Positions 35,026-45,626 of a DNA stretch of 64,000 nucleotides are shown in pieces. The stretch comes from Bacillota bacterium (GTDB lineage Bacteria > Bacillota > Clostridia > Christensenellales > Aristaeellaceae), in NCBI GenBank assembly GCA_023411375.1, contig JAEYOW010000050.1:27464-91463 (forward strand), written 5' to 3'. Under the pieces are notes generated by a model, which had not been told where the DNA came from, did not search any database, and saw only the letters and a program-made list of their open reading frames with translations. Position 1 is the first letter of the stretch; the number at the start of each line of letters is the position of its first letter. A program made the position numbers and the translations under genes.

Positions 35026-35476
35026 ATGGGACTATGCGAATTTGCGAAAGGTTGATAAAGTCGGGCGATACATTCGGATGCGCCAAAGGATACCTTGACG
35101 GTCCAAGGGCAAGCGCTTCAACGGATTTTGCGTGCGTATAAAAAAAATGATAAAATGCCATTCAGGCCGCCGGCGCTTCAAGCAGGATGGCCTGCCTTGC
35201 TTTGATCCTCCTTTGCGGACGCCAGCTGAGGGGATGGAAAGCGATTTTTTTAAGAAATTAGTTAAAAAACAGAAGGAAATTTTGAAGGAAACACATCAAA
35301 CCCTTTATTATAAGGTTTTTATCTACATTGTGAAATTTCAAACAAATTTTTTTATAAGGCAGGAAAAATAGAGTGAAGCGCGAATTATTTGAATTAGGGC
35401 GAAATTGTGTCTTTGCCCGGTTAAAGTGCCTCGGCAGTCCGCTGCCATACCCATCATTATAGAGGAGGAACCTACC

Positions 35477-37051
35477 ATGAGTCTGGATCTCTCGTACCTC
35501 GGCATCATTGAATCCAAGGCTGTCTATCGCAACCTGCCCGTCAGCCGGCTGACCGAGTTCGCGCTTGCGCGCGGGGAAGGCAAGCTGAGCAACACCGGCG
35601 CGCTGGTCGTCACCACCGGCAAGTATACCGGCCGCTCTCCCGACGACCGTTTCATCGTCGACGAGCCTTCCATCCATGATGAGATCGCTTGGGGCAAGGT
35701 GAACGTGCCCATCAGCATCGAGAAGTTCAACAACATCTACAACCGCATGTGCGCTTATCTGCAAAACCGAGAGCTGTTTGTGTTCGACGGCTTTGCGGGC
35801 GCGGACCCCAAGTACCGCATCGGCGTGCGCGTGGTAAATGAGCTGGCCAGCCAGAACATGTTCATGCATCAGTTGTTGCTTCGCCCCACGGCGGAGGAGC
35901 TTGACAACTTCTCCAGCGACTTCACCATCGTCGCGGCGCCCGGTTTCAAGTGCATCCCCGAGCTGGACGGCGTTCACAGCGAAGCCGCCATCATTGTGTC
36001 CTTTGAGAAGAAGATGGTCATCGTTGCCGGCAGCCAGTATGCGGGCGAAATGAAGAAGAGCGTATTCTCCGTGATGAACTACATTCTGCCCAAAATTGGC
36101 GTGTTCAGCATGCACTGCTCCGCCAACGTGGGCCCCAATGGCGACAGCGCCATCTTCTTTGGCCTTTCCGGCACCGGCAAGACCACCCTGTCCGCCGACC
36201 CCAACCGCAACCTCATCGGCGACGACGAGCACGGCTGGAGTGACGACGGCATCTTCAACATCGAAGGCGGCTGCTATGCCAAGTGCATCAAGCTCAGCAA
36301 GGAGCACGAGCCCGAGATTTACGGCGCGATCAAGTTCGGCGCGCTGGTTGAAAACGTCGTGATGGACGATGCGACCCGTGAGTTTGATTTTGATGACGAC
36401 AGCCTGACCGAGAATACCCGCGTTGGCTATCCCGTCGATTACATTTCCAACGCTCAGATTCCTGGTGTTGCGGCTACCCCCAAGACCGTTATCTTCCTGA
36501 CCGCCGACGCTTTCGGCGTGCTGCCTCCCGTCAGCAAGCTCAGCCGCGAGGCCGCCATGTACCACTATGTCAGCGGCTACACCGCCAAGCTGGCCGGTAC
36601 CGAGCGTGGCGTGACCGAGCCCCAGGCGACCTTCTCCACCTGCTTCGGCGCTCCCTTCCTGCCCCTGCCCGCCGCCCGCTATGCCGAGCTGCTGGGCGAG
36701 CGCATCGACAAGAGCGGCGCGAATGTGTACCTGGTTAACACCGGCTGGTCCGGCGGCAGCTACGGCAAGGGCGGCAAGCGTATGAGCCTGCCCTACACCC
36801 GCGCCATGGTTACCGCGTGCCTCAACGGCGAGCTGGAGAAGAGCGAGTTTGAGCTTGACCCCATCTTCAATGTGATGGTGCCCAAGGCCTGCCCCGGCGT
36901 GCCCGACGAGGTGCTCGCGCCCAAGAAGACCTGGTCCGACCCCGCCGCTTATGACGAAACCGCCAAGAAGCTGGCCGGCCTGTTCCAGAAGAACTTTGGC
37001 AAGTATGACAACATGGATCAGAAGATCGTCGAGGCCGGCCCCAAGGCGTAA
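35477..37051 (+). CDS. pckA: Phosphoenolpyruvate carboxykinase (ATP)
   Basis: ...[16 protein letters not shown]...[13 protein letters not shown]...; kinase-1a/P-loop motif. AGAGGAGG lies before the ATG at 35477. Confidence 0.95.
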   Translation: MSLDLSYLGIIESKAVYRNLPVSRLTEFALARGEGKLSNTGALVVTTGKYTGRSPDDRFIVDEPSIHDEIAWGKVNVPISIEKFNNIYNRMCAYLQNRELFVFDGFAGADPKYRIGVRVVNELASQNMFMHQLLLRPTAEELDNFSSDFTIVAAPGFKCIPELDGVHSEAAIIVSFEKKMVIVAGSQYAGEMKKSVFSVMNYILPKIGVFSMHCSANVGPNGDSAIFFGLSGTGKTTLSADPNRNLIGDDEHGWSDDGIFNIEGGCYAKCIKLSKEHEPEIYGAIKFGALVENVVMDDATREFDFDDDSLTENTRVGYPVDYISNAQIPGVAATPKTVIFLTADAFGVLPPVSKLSREAAMYHYVSGYTAKLAGTERGVTEPQATFSTCFGAPFLPLPAARYAELLGERIDKSGANVYLVNTGWSGGSYGKGGKRMSLPYTRAMVTACLNGELEKSEFELDPIFNVMVPKACPGVPDEVLAPKKTWSDPAAYDETAKKLAGLFQKNFGKYDNMDQKIVEAGPKA

Positions 37052-37085
37052 GACCTTTGGTGTTTGCAATATGATTGGATGAACC

Positions 37086-37124
37086 AACCCGCCCGCCGTG
37101 CGAAAGCACGGCGGGCGGGTTTTA
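37086..37124. terminator. Strong intrinsic terminator (bidirectional) after pckA
   Basis: AACCCGCCCGCCGTGC-gaaa-GCACGGCGGGCGGGTT followed by TTTT. Confidence 0.85.
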
Positions 37125-37343
37125 GCTATTAGAGTTTTCCAGCGGCTTTGGCCAGGGAATAGCCTAACTTCCACATTAGGGCAATGCCGGTCGCGATCGC
37201 CACCAGCAACGCGGCCCTGATAAGAACCCTTATTGCCAATTTCAATTTGTTTCCGTTCCTTCCATACGCAGTATAACAACTGGATACAGGACGGAAACGG
37301 ATTGGAAAGGGTTCATCTTATTCTGTTCAAGGATGGCTTCCAA

Positions 37344-38516
37344 TTACCTCCCCAGCCGGTAAATCTCCACGCAATCCTCCACCCCAAGCGGCACGAAAGC
37401 GCCGACCGTACCGCCCATCAGGGCTACACAATGCTCCGCCATGCGAACAAAGTTACGGTCGTCAATGCCCACCTCATGCAGTGTGGTCGCAAGCCCAAGC
37501 GAGCGGTAGAACTTTTCCAGCCTCGCGATGCCCTCCGATGCGATATCTTCCTCTGTGCCAAAATCCTCCGGGACGTCAAACACGCGCACGGCAAATTGGG
37601 CAAGCTTCTTTGCGCCGCCGCGGGGCAGCACGTATTTCATCCACGCTGGAAAAACGATCGCAAGCCCGGCGCCATGCGCGATATCGTAAAGCGCGCTAAG
37701 CTCGTGCTCCAGCTTGTGGCTGGCCCAGTCGCCCACGCGCCCGGTCTGGAACAGCGTGTTGTGGGCGAGGCAGCCCGCCCACATGATTTCGGCGCGCGCG
37801 TCATAATTGTCCGGCTCTTGCATTACGATGGCGGCGTTGCCCACGACGGTTCTGAGCGCGCCCTCCGTCATTCGGTCGATCAGCTCGACGTGTTCCGTCT
37901 GCGTAAAGTAGCGTTCCATCATGTGCGCCATGATATCCACGCAGCCGCAGGCAGTCTGGAAGGGGGGCAGGGTATAGGTGTATTCGGGATTCAAAATGGC
38001 GAATTTCGGAATATTCAGCGGCGTGTTGCGCCCGCACTTGCACAGATCCTCTTCGCGGGTGATGACGCTGGAATTACTCATCTCGCTGCCGGCGGCGGGA
38101 ATGGTAAGCACAACGCCAAGCGGTAGCACATCGGCGTTATTCCCCTTACCCGTAAAAAGGTCCCATACGTCGCCGTCGTAACAGGCGCCGTTGGCGATCG
38201 CCTTTGCGGTATCAATAGCGCTGCCGCCACCTACGGCCAGTACCAGATCGATACCCTGTTCGCGACAAATTTCAATGCCCTGATAAACCAGATCCAGGCG
38301 AGGATTTGGCTTTACGCCGCCAATCTCCCATACCTGCGCGCCCACACCTTGCAGTATGGCCATGACCTGGTCATACAGGCCAATGCGCTTGATGCTGCCG
38401 CCGCCGTAAATCATCAGCACCTTTTGTCCGTAGCCGGCAACCTCTTCGCCCAGGTGCGAAAGAGCGGTTTTACCAAAGATGATTTTCGCCGGGTTTTGAA
38501 AAATAAAATCAATCAT
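37344..38516 (-). CDS. Iron-containing (group III) alcohol dehydrogenase, butanol/1,3-propanediol dehydrogenase-like
   Basis: ...LMIYGGGSIKR...GGGSAIDTAKAIA... GGGS NAD(P)-binding motif and metal-binding His residues. Confidence 0.9.
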   Translation of the reverse strand: MIDFIFQNPAKIIFGKTALSHLGEEVAGYGQKVLMIYGGGSIKRIGLYDQVMAILQGVGAQVWEIGGVKPNPRLDLVYQGIEICREQGIDLVLAVGGGSAIDTAKAIANGACYDGDVWDLFTGKGNNADVLPLGVVLTIPAAGSEMSNSSVITREEDLCKCGRNTPLNIPKFAILNPEYTYTLPPFQTACGCVDIMAHMMERYFTQTEHVELIDRMTEGALRTVVGNAAIVMQEPDNYDARAEIMWAGCLAHNTLFQTGRVGDWASHKLEHELSALYDIAHGAGLAIVFPAWMKYVLPRGGAKKLAQFAVRVFDVPEDFGTEEDIASEGIARLEKFYRSLGLATTLHEVGIDDRNFVRMAEHCVALMGGTVGAFVPLGVEDCVEIYRLGR

Positions 38517-38638
38517 TTCATCTATCTTCCTTTCCGTCAGTGGTTCAAATTTATTGTAACACCGAACGGCTGATTTTTGAAGGGGGAGTCAGGACTTTCG
38601 CCAAGCGGGACGGGTGATTGGAAAAACAAAACAGCGGG

Positions 38639-38667
38639 TTGCCTTTTTGCGGGAAATACGGTATTAT
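38639..38667 (+). promoter_or_regulatory. Putative promoter TTGCCT-17-TATTAT for MATE paralog 2
   Basis: Read directly. It is followed by a ~75-nt GC-rich structured leader. Confidence 0.35.
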
Positions 38668-38744
38668 CCTGTAAGCGCGCCGCTGAGCGGTCGCGCGCTA
38701 TGGCCGCGACGCTCCCGGCGTCCGGCACTGATGGGAGGAAGGAT

Positions 38745-40127
38745 ATGCAGGCCATCCAACGAGCGTGCCGCCCGTATCTGGGCACGCGCTCCTTTTATGC
38801 GGACGCGCTCCGGGTGATGATCCCGGTAACGATTCAGCAGCTGATTAACAACCTGTTCAATGTAATCGATAACCTTATGGTTGGCAGCCTTGACATTGAG
38901 GGCCTGGCTATGAGCGCCGTCAGCGTCGCCAATAAGCCGTATGTAATCTTCTTTGGCGTGTTTTTCGGTATGACGGGCGCGGCGGGGCTGATGATCAGCC
39001 AGTATTACGGCGCCCGGGATATCAAGACCTGTCAGGGGCTATTCGCGCTACAGCTCGTCATCGGGCTTGTTGTTTCCGTGGGCTTTTGCGCTTTGCTCGG
39101 CTTTATGCCCGAAACCGTCATGCGCATTTTTGTCACCGACCCGCGCACCATTGAGCTTGGCGTGCGCTATCTGCGCATTATCTGCCTGAGCTATATCCCT
39201 GTCGCCATCAGCAATACATGCATCTTTTCCATGCGCGCGCTGGGGCAGAACCGCGTCAGCATGCTGGTGAGCCTCGCGACCATGGGCGTGAACGCGGTTT
39301 GCAATTATCTGCTTATTTTCGGCGCGCTGGGCTTTCCGGCTCTGGGGGTAGAGGGCGCGGCCTGGGGCACGCTGATCGCACGGCTTTTTGAGATGTGCTT
39401 CTACCTCCTGCTGCTGATGCGAAAGCGAATGGTTTTCACGCTGAATATCCTCGCGTTTCTGAAGCTTTCCAAGAGCACGGTTCGCGCGTTTATGCTAAAG
39501 GCCATTCCGCTGATCGTCAACGAGATTTTATGGACGTTTGGCATGAATATCTACTTCTGGTGCTACGCGCGCCTGAACGAAGCCGCGCTGCCCGCCGTTA
39601 CCATCGCGGAGCAGTGCAGCCAGATTGCCGCGGTAATGGCGATGGGAACGGCCTCCGCCGTATCGGTGCTGATCGGCACAGAGCTTGGGGCGAACCGGCT
39701 TCAGGAAGCGAAAGCCAACTGCAAGAAGCTTCTGACGCTTGTGATCGCAATCGGCTTCCTGTGCGTGGCGGTATGCTGCGTTCTGGGCCTTGCCCTGCCA
39801 TACGCCTTTCAGATATCGGACGAGCTCAGGCGTCTAGCGACGCAGATCACGCTGATCATGGGCGTGATGGCGCCGTTCAACTTTGTGTACGCGTTCTGCT
39901 TTTACTGCATGAGAGCCGGCGGCGACACACGAAACGCCATGCTTTTGGACAGCGGCTATATGTGGCTGCTGCCCGTGCCGGCCTCCATTGCAATGGCTGT
40001 ATTGTTGCCCGGGCGCATCTCGGTTGTGGCGGCGGCCTTTGTGGTGCAACTGTTAATGAATTCCAAGGTTGTGCTTGCGCTTTTGGTGCTGAGGCGAGGC
40101 AAGTGGGTGCGGAACATTACGGCCTAG
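38745..40127 (+). CDS. MATE family efflux transporter (paralog 2)
   Basis: 12 TM helices. GGGAGGAAGG lies before the ATG at 38745. Confidence 0.85.
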   Translation: MQAIQRACRPYLGTRSFYADALRVMIPVTIQQLINNLFNVIDNLMVGSLDIEGLAMSAVSVANKPYVIFFGVFFGMTGAAGLMISQYYGARDIKTCQGLFALQLVIGLVVSVGFCALLGFMPETVMRIFVTDPRTIELGVRYLRIICLSYIPVAISNTCIFSMRALGQNRVSMLVSLATMGVNAVCNYLLIFGALGFPALGVEGAAWGTLIARLFEMCFYLLLLMRKRMVFTLNILAFLKLSKSTVRAFMLKAIPLIVNEILWTFGMNIYFWCYARLNEAALPAVTIAEQCSQIAAVMAMGTASAVSVLIGTELGANRLQEAKANCKKLLTLVIAIGFLCVAVCCVLGLALPYAFQISDELRRLATQITLIMGVMAPFNFVYAFCFYCMRAGGDTRNAMLLDSGYMWLLPVPASIAMAVLLPGRISVVAAAFVVQLLMNSKVVLALLVLRRGKWVRNITA

Positions 40128-40151
40128 TACGGAAAAATTACTCTGAATCCG

Positions 40152-40190
40152 GCGGCGGGCAGCGCGTTTTGCCCGCCGCGTTCTTTGTTT
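40152..40190 (+). terminator. Probable intrinsic terminator after MATE paralog 2
   Basis: GCGGCGGGC-(10-nt loop)-GCCCGCCGC followed by GTTCTTTGTTT. Confidence 0.5.
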
Positions 40191-40212
40191 ACGTTGTAAA
40201 ACCCGCCCAGGC

Positions 40213-40242
40213 TTGTACAAAACACGCATTGGGTGGTATAAT
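40213..40242 (+). promoter_or_regulatory. sigmaA promoter TTGTAC-18-TGgTATAAT for the carboxypeptidase-priA-def-fmt cluster
   Basis: Read directly. Confidence 0.5.
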
Positions 40243-40305
40243 AAACTGTTAAGGTGTGGCCATCCAGGCCTGGCCCCTTGAAATTCAGCCATGGGAGGTA
40301 ACGCA

Positions 40306-41841
40306 ATGCATTTGAGCCGGAAGTGGTTGCGGTGTGCTGGCAGCTTGTTTTTGGCTGTGCTGCTTGCGTGCGCGCTGTGGCTGCCTGCCGTTTTCAGCCC
40401 CGCGCTTACCGTTTTTCTGCCATGCGCCGCCGCTGAGGATACCGGTAACGAAGTTGAGTTTGTCAGGCCGACGCTTTCGCCGGACGCCGACCCCTATGAC
40501 CCCGAGCACCCGGAGGATTTACAGGCCGAGCAGCTTTACGCCCGGTCCGCCATTTTGATTGAGGCGACGACGGGCGAGGTTATTTTTGAAAAAAACGCGG
40601 ATGAGGTGATGTATCCCGCCTCCACGACAAAAATATTGACGGTGCTTCTGGGCATTATGATGGGCGACTTAAACCAGGAAGTCACCATGACGGAGAGCGC
40701 GGCCAACGTGGAGGCGGGCAGCTCCGTAATTCCGTTGGACGTGGGAGAGACGGTCCGGTTCGAGGATCTTTTGTATGCCACCATGGTCCGCTCCGGCAAC
40801 GAGGGCGCAAACCTTATTGCGGAAACCATCAGCGGCGATATTTATACGTTTGCGGAGTTGATGAACCAGGCGGCGGCAATGTACGGCTGCACCTCATCAA
40901 ACTTTGTCAACCCCAACGGTCTGCATGACGATAATCACTATTCCACCGTCCGCGACATGGCTAAAATCGCTCAGGCCGCCATGCAGAATGAAACCTTCCG
41001 CAATATCGCCAAAACCTTCACCTATACTCTGCCGCGCACCAACCTTCACCGCTCGCGCGTGCTGACGGGCGTTTCGAGCAACTGGCTTAACATGAACCAG
41101 GATACCTCGGACGGCAAAACCTCTTATTATTACGAGTATGCCACCGGCATTAAGACGGGCTACCATGCCCGCGCGGGCTACTGCTACGTCGGCTCCGCTG
41201 AAAAGGACGGCGTGGAACTGATTTCCGTCGTGTTTTATACCCGAAGCGAAGGGCGCTGGACGGACAGCAAAAAGATGATGGAATACGGCTTTTCGCAGTT
41301 CGTCAGCATGACGCCGCAGGAGCTTTACGAGCAAAGCCCAATCACGATTGAAACGTCGGGCTTTTCCCTGGAGGATGAAAACCTGGGGCGGCTTGCGCTT
41401 GAGGTTCAGCCTACGGAGGGTATGCGCACGGTTCGCATCGTCGCCACAAAGGCGGAGATGGAGGCCATGGCCCGCAACCTCAAGCAAACGGTGCTGATTG
41501 AATATACGAGGGACTTTACTGCGCCCATTGAGCGGGGCGAGGTCATGGGTACGATGACCTATTATCCCACCGACGGCGGCAGCCCGGTGGTGTATAACCT
41601 TATTGCCGGGCGCACCGTGCTGCGCAGGGAAAACGCGCCCAAGAGCATCGAGGAGATCGAGGCGGAGGTTTACGCGGACCCTAATCCGTTCCCGCCTCTT
41701 TCCATAGAACTGGCGCTGATGGTGCTTTTGCCGCTTGCGGGCCTGTTCCTTGTTATCCGGCTGCTGATGCGCCTGCTGCGCAGGACGGGCAGGCACCGCA
41801 AGGGCCGCGTGCCCAAGCCAAGAAACCGCTATTTCCGCTAA
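40306..41841 (+). CDS. Serine-type D-Ala-D-Ala carboxypeptidase (PBP5/DacB-like) with a C-terminal membrane anchor
   Basis: Signal peptide; SxxK motif YPASTTKILT, SGN motif RSGNEG and KTG motif KTGYHARAGY; C-terminal TM helix. Confidence 0.85.
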   Translation: MHLSRKWLRCAGSLFLAVLLACALWLPAVFSPALTVFLPCAAAEDTGNEVEFVRPTLSPDADPYDPEHPEDLQAEQLYARSAILIEATTGEVIFEKNADEVMYPASTTKILTVLLGIMMGDLNQEVTMTESAANVEAGSSVIPLDVGETVRFEDLLYATMVRSGNEGANLIAETISGDIYTFAELMNQAAAMYGCTSSNFVNPNGLHDDNHYSTVRDMAKIAQAAMQNETFRNIAKTFTYTLPRTNLHRSRVLTGVSSNWLNMNQDTSDGKTSYYYEYATGIKTGYHARAGYCYVGSAEKDGVELISVVFYTRSEGRWTDSKKMMEYGFSQFVSMTPQELYEQSPITIETSGFSLEDENLGRLALEVQPTEGMRTVRIVATKAEMEAMARNLKQTVLIEYTRDFTAPIERGEVMGTMTYYPTDGGSPVVYNLIAGRTVLRRENAPKSIEEIEAEVYADPNPFPPLSIELALMVLLPLAGLFLVIRLLMRLLRRTGRHRKGRVPKPRNRYFR

Positions 41842-41860
41842 GTGAGAAAGGAGAGGGCGA

Positions 41861-44116
41861 ATGGTCGCGCAGGTGATTGTGGACGTGGTGCATACCAATG
41901 TCGCCAAGCCCTTCTCCTACCTTGTGCCGGACGGCATGGCGCTGGAGGTTGGCGCGCGTGTGAGCGTGCCCCTAGGCAGGCGGCAGGTGGACGGCTTCGT
42001 AGTGGAGCTGATCGGTGATGATCAGTTGCCCCGGGAGCTTCCAAGGGAAAAGCTGCGCCCTGTTTCAAAGCGGCTGGACGATTATCCGGCCTTGCTGCCC
42101 CCGCTGCTGGCTTTGGCGCGCGAGCTGGCGGAGGAGGCGCACTGTCCGCTTTCCGAAACGCTTCGCCTGATGCTGCCCGCCGCCATGCGTACAGGCCGCA
42201 TTCAGCAGAAGCATGAGACTTTCGCGCAGCTAGCGACAGGAGTCAACGCGGAGGCGGAGGCGGCCGGGCAGCGCCGCGCGCCCAAGCGCGCAACGCTGCT
42301 GCGCCTGCTGGCCGATGGAAAGCCGCATGGCATGAGCGAGCTATCGGAGCTGGTGGCAAATCCGCGCGACGCGCTGCGCGCCCTCGTGGAAAGCGGCCTG
42401 ATCAGCCTTAGCGAACGCGAGGTGTTTCGCGCCCCGGACGGGGCTGCGGACGAGCCCCGCACCGTCGCCCCTCCATTGACGGACGGGCAGCGTGAGGCGC
42501 TGCGCGGCATGCTGCCTTCGCTTAGCGAGGGGAAAGGCTGCTTTTTACTGCACGGCGTTACCGGAAGCGGCAAGACCGAGGTATACCTCGCCATGGTCCG
42601 GCAGGCGCTTGAGCTTGGGCGAGGGGCCATCGTCCTTGTGCCGGAAATTGCCCTGACTCCGCAAATGGTGCGCTGGTTCCGGGGCCGTTTCGGTCCGGAA
42701 ACCGCCGTGTTGCACAGCCGCCTGACGGAGGGCCAGCGCTATGACGAATGGCGCCGTATCCGCCTTGGACATGCCAGGGTGGTGGTGGGCGCCAGGTCCG
42801 CCATTTTTGCGCCGGTGGAAAAATTGGGGCTGATCGTTATCGACGAGGAGCACGAGCAAACCTATTTAAGCGATAAGCATCCGCGCTATGACGCGCGCCG
42901 CGTGGCCAAAAGCCGCTCCCGGCGCGAGGGCGCGACGCTGGTATTAAGCAGTGCGACGCCCAGCATCCTTTCTTTTGCCATGGCCAGGCGCGGTGATTAC
43001 ACGCTGGTGGAAATGCCAGAGCGGGTTAACAACCGTCCGCTGCCGGGCGTTACCCTCGTGGATATGCGGCGCGAGCTGGAGGCGGGCAACCGCTCTATCT
43101 TCAGCCTGCTGCTCACACAGAAACTGAACGAGTGCATGGCGCGGGGCGAGCAGGCGATGCTGTTTTTAAACCGGCGCGGTTTTAATACGTTTGTCAGTTG
43201 CCGCAGCTGCGGCTATGTGGTCAAGTGCGAGCAGTGCGATTTGAGCATGACCTTGCACCGCGAACCCGGCGGGGAGGACGCGGGCGAGCTGCGTTGCCAC
43301 ATGTGCGGCGCGGTCAAGCCTCCGCCCGGCGTATGTCCCGAATGCGGCAGCAAGTATATCCGCTATTTCGGCAGCGGCACCCAGCGCGTGGAGGAGGAGA
43401 TGCGAAAGCTTTTCCCGAATGTGAAAACCGTGCGCATGGATATTGATACCACGAAGGGCCGCGACGCTCATGCCAGGCTGTTGGCTGAGTTTGGGCAGGG
43501 CAGGGCGCAGGTGCTGATCGGCACGCAGATGATTGCCAAGGGACTTGATTTTCCGCGTGTGACGCTCGTGGGCGTGGTGGCGGCGGATATGACGCTGAAT
43601 CTGCCGGATTATCGCGCGCCGGAACGCACGTTTCAGCTGATTACGCAGGTGGCGGGCCGCGCGGGCCGCGCGGACAGCCCCGGCGAGGTAATTGTGCAGA
43701 CGTATAAGCCTGATCATCCTTGCCTGCTGGCGGCGGCCGATCAGGACTACCGCGCTTTCTTTGAGATGGAGTTCAGCCGGCGGCGCGCCGGTCTGTATCC
43801 TCCATTTACGTTGCTGGCGCGCCTTTTGGTGGAGAGCGGGCGGGAGGCGGATGCGAAGGAAATGGCCGACCGCCTGTACGAAACGGTGCAGACCTTTCTG
43901 CTGGCTCACCCGGCGCAGAAAAAGCGCGTGCTGATGGTGCGCGTGGACGAGGCGCCCGTCAAGCGCATACGCGGTCAGTTCCGCTATCATGTGCTTATGA
44001 AGCTGTTCGACCATGCGGACGCGGCGCCGGTGCTGAGGCTGCTTTCAGAGCTGAGCAACGTAAGCGACGAGCAGTGCCGGGTTTACTGCGAGGTTAACCC
44101 GGCGACGATGATGTAA
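41861..44116 (+). CDS. priA: Primosomal protein N' (replication restart helicase PriA)
   Basis: Walker A GVTGSGKTEVY, DEEH box, and the Cys4 zinc-binding region CRSCGY...CEQC...CHMCG...CPECG. Confidence 0.9.
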   Translation: MVAQVIVDVVHTNVAKPFSYLVPDGMALEVGARVSVPLGRRQVDGFVVELIGDDQLPRELPREKLRPVSKRLDDYPALLPPLLALARELAEEAHCPLSETLRLMLPAAMRTGRIQQKHETFAQLATGVNAEAEAAGQRRAPKRATLLRLLADGKPHGMSELSELVANPRDALRALVESGLISLSEREVFRAPDGAADEPRTVAPPLTDGQREALRGMLPSLSEGKGCFLLHGVTGSGKTEVYLAMVRQALELGRGAIVLVPEIALTPQMVRWFRGRFGPETAVLHSRLTEGQRYDEWRRIRLGHARVVVGARSAIFAPVEKLGLIVIDEEHEQTYLSDKHPRYDARRVAKSRSRREGATLVLSSATPSILSFAMARRGDYTLVEMPERVNNRPLPGVTLVDMRRELEAGNRSIFSLLLTQKLNECMARGEQAMLFLNRRGFNTFVSCRSCGYVVKCEQCDLSMTLHREPGGEDAGELRCHMCGAVKPPPGVCPECGSKYIRYFGSGTQRVEEEMRKLFPNVKTVRMDIDTTKGRDAHARLLAEFGQGRAQVLIGTQMIAKGLDFPRVTLVGVVAADMTLNLPDYRAPERTFQLITQVAGRAGRADSPGEVIVQTYKPDHPCLLAAADQDYRAFFEMEFSRRRAGLYPPFTLLARLLVESGREADAKEMADRLYETVQTFLLAHPAQKKRVLMVRVDEAPVKRIRGQFRYHVLMKLFDHADAAPVLRLLSELSNVSDEQCRVYCEVNPATMM

Positions 44117-44129
44117 AGGAGTTTTTCAT

Positions 44130-44636
44130 ATGGCGACGAGAAGAATTGTGGAAATTGGCGACGACAAGCTGCGCAAGCACGCAAAGCCCGTTGAGAAGTT
44201 TGACAGGCGTCTTCAGACGCTGCTGCGCGATATGGCTGAAACCATGTATAAGGCGGAGGGCGTCGGCCTTGCCGCGCCGCAGGTGGGCATCCTGCGCCGC
44301 GTGGTGGTTGTGGATGTGGGGGATGGGCTTATTGAGCTGGTTAACCCGGAGATCATCCGCGTGGAGGGCGAGCAGACGGGGCCGGAGGGCTGCCTGAGCG
44401 TACCCGGCCGCAGCGGAATTGTCATTCGGCCCAATTCCGTGACTGTTCGCGCGCAGGATGCGCAGGGGAATTTTTTCGAGGTGTCCGGAGAGGAATTTTT
44501 GGCTCGCGCTTTCTGCCACGAGATTGATCATCTGGACGGCATCCTGTATGTGGACAAAATGGAGCGCGAGATTTTCCCGGAGGAGGAACAGGAAGAAGAG
44601 CCTGAAAAGGTCGGCGGCGGGGAGAAAGAAGCCTGA
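44130..44636 (+). CDS. def: Peptide deformylase
   Basis: Motifs GVGLAAPQVG, EGCLS and HEIDHLDG. Confidence 0.95.
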   Translation: MATRRIVEIGDDKLRKHAKPVEKFDRRLQTLLRDMAETMYKAEGVGLAAPQVGILRRVVVVDVGDGLIELVNPEIIRVEGEQTGPEGCLSVPGRSGIVIRPNSVTVRAQDAQGNFFEVSGEEFLARAFCHEIDHLDGILYVDKMEREIFPEEEQEEEPEKVGGGEKEA

Positions 44637-44684
44637 GAATGCTTTTTTCGGCCTGTTTGTACATGGAGAGGGGATGGCTAACGA

Positions 44685-45626
44685 ATGAGCTTGCGCGTGG
44701 TTTTTATGGGTACGCCGGATTTTGCGGTGCCGTCGCTTCAGGCGTTGCTTGAGGCGGGTTATGAGGTCATCGGCGTGTTTACCCAGCCGGACAGGCCCAA
44801 AGGGCGCGGCGGAAAGGTACAGATGAGCCCGGTGAAGGAATGCGCGCTGAAACATGGCATTCCTGTATTTCAGCCGCTGAAGATCCGGGTGGACGGGTTG
44901 GAGCCCCTTCGTGAGCTCGCGCCGGATTTGTGTGTGACGGCGGCCTTTGGGCAGATTTTATCGCAGGAAGTGCTGGATGTGCCGGGATTGGGCACGGTAA
45001 ACGTGCATGCCTCTTTGTTGCCGCGCCACCGGGGAGCGGCGCCCGTGCAGTGGGCCGTTTTGCAAGGCGATAGCCTCACGGGCGTGACGACCATGCTGAC
45101 GGACCGCGGGATTGATACGGGGGATATGCTGCTCAAGGCGGAACTGCCCATCGGGGAAGAGGATACGGCGGGATCGTTGCTGGATAAGCTCTCCTATACC
45201 GGGGCAGGCCTTTTGATTGAAACGCTGCGCCGGCTGGAAGCCGGAACCTGTCCCCGTGAAAAGCAGGACGAGGCGCAAAGCACCTACGATCCCATGCTTA
45301 AAAAGGAAATGGGCCTGATTGACTTTACGGAGGCGCCTTCGCGGTGCGTAAACCGGGTTCGCGCCATGAACCCATGGCCATGCGCCTATGCGCCGCTTGC
45401 GGAGGGCGTGCTGAGAGTCTGGCGCGCCCGTGCCGCCGAGGGTTGTGGGAAGGCCGGAACCGTGCTGCGGGCAGATAAAAAGGATGGACTGGTGGTCGCC
45501 ACGGGCGATGGTGCAATGGAACTGTGCGAAATTCAGGCGCCCAATGCCAAGCGCATGGACGCAAGGGCGTTTCTGCTTGGGCACCCAATCACACCCGGCA
45601 AATTATTGAGTGAGGTACGTTTATGA
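44685..45626 (+). CDS. fmt: Methionyl-tRNA formyltransferase
   Basis: MSLRVVFMGTPDFAV...; the formyltransferase core ...NVHASLLPRHRGAAP.... Confidence 0.95.
   Translation: MSLRVVFMGTPDFAVPSLQALLEAGYEVIGVFTQPDRPKGRGGKVQMSPVKECALKHGIPVFQPLKIRVDGLEPLRELAPDLCVTAAFGQILSQEVLDVPGLGTVNVHASLLPRHRGAAPVQWAVLQGDSLTGVTTMLTDRGIDTGDMLLKAELPIGEEDTAGSLLDKLSYTGAGLLIETLRRLEAGTCPREKQDEAQSTYDPMLKKEMGLIDFTEAPSRCVNRVRAMNPWPCAYAPLAEGVLRVWRARAAEGCGKAGTVLRADKKDGLVVATGDGAMELCEIQAPNAKRMDARAFLLGHPITPGKLLSEVRL

Noticed and set aside
35330-35360. Rex-like site (TTGTGAAATTTCAAACAA) upstream of pckA
   Set aside because: Only one half-site (TTGTGAA) fits the Rex consensus TTGTGAA-N4-TTCACAA; the second half is CAAACAA. Too degenerate to call.
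35258-37279. 673-aa - strand ORF spanning the pckA region
   Set aside because: Antisense to an unambiguous PEP carboxykinase, with Gly/Ala/Val-rich nonsense composition. It is a GC-driven open frame.
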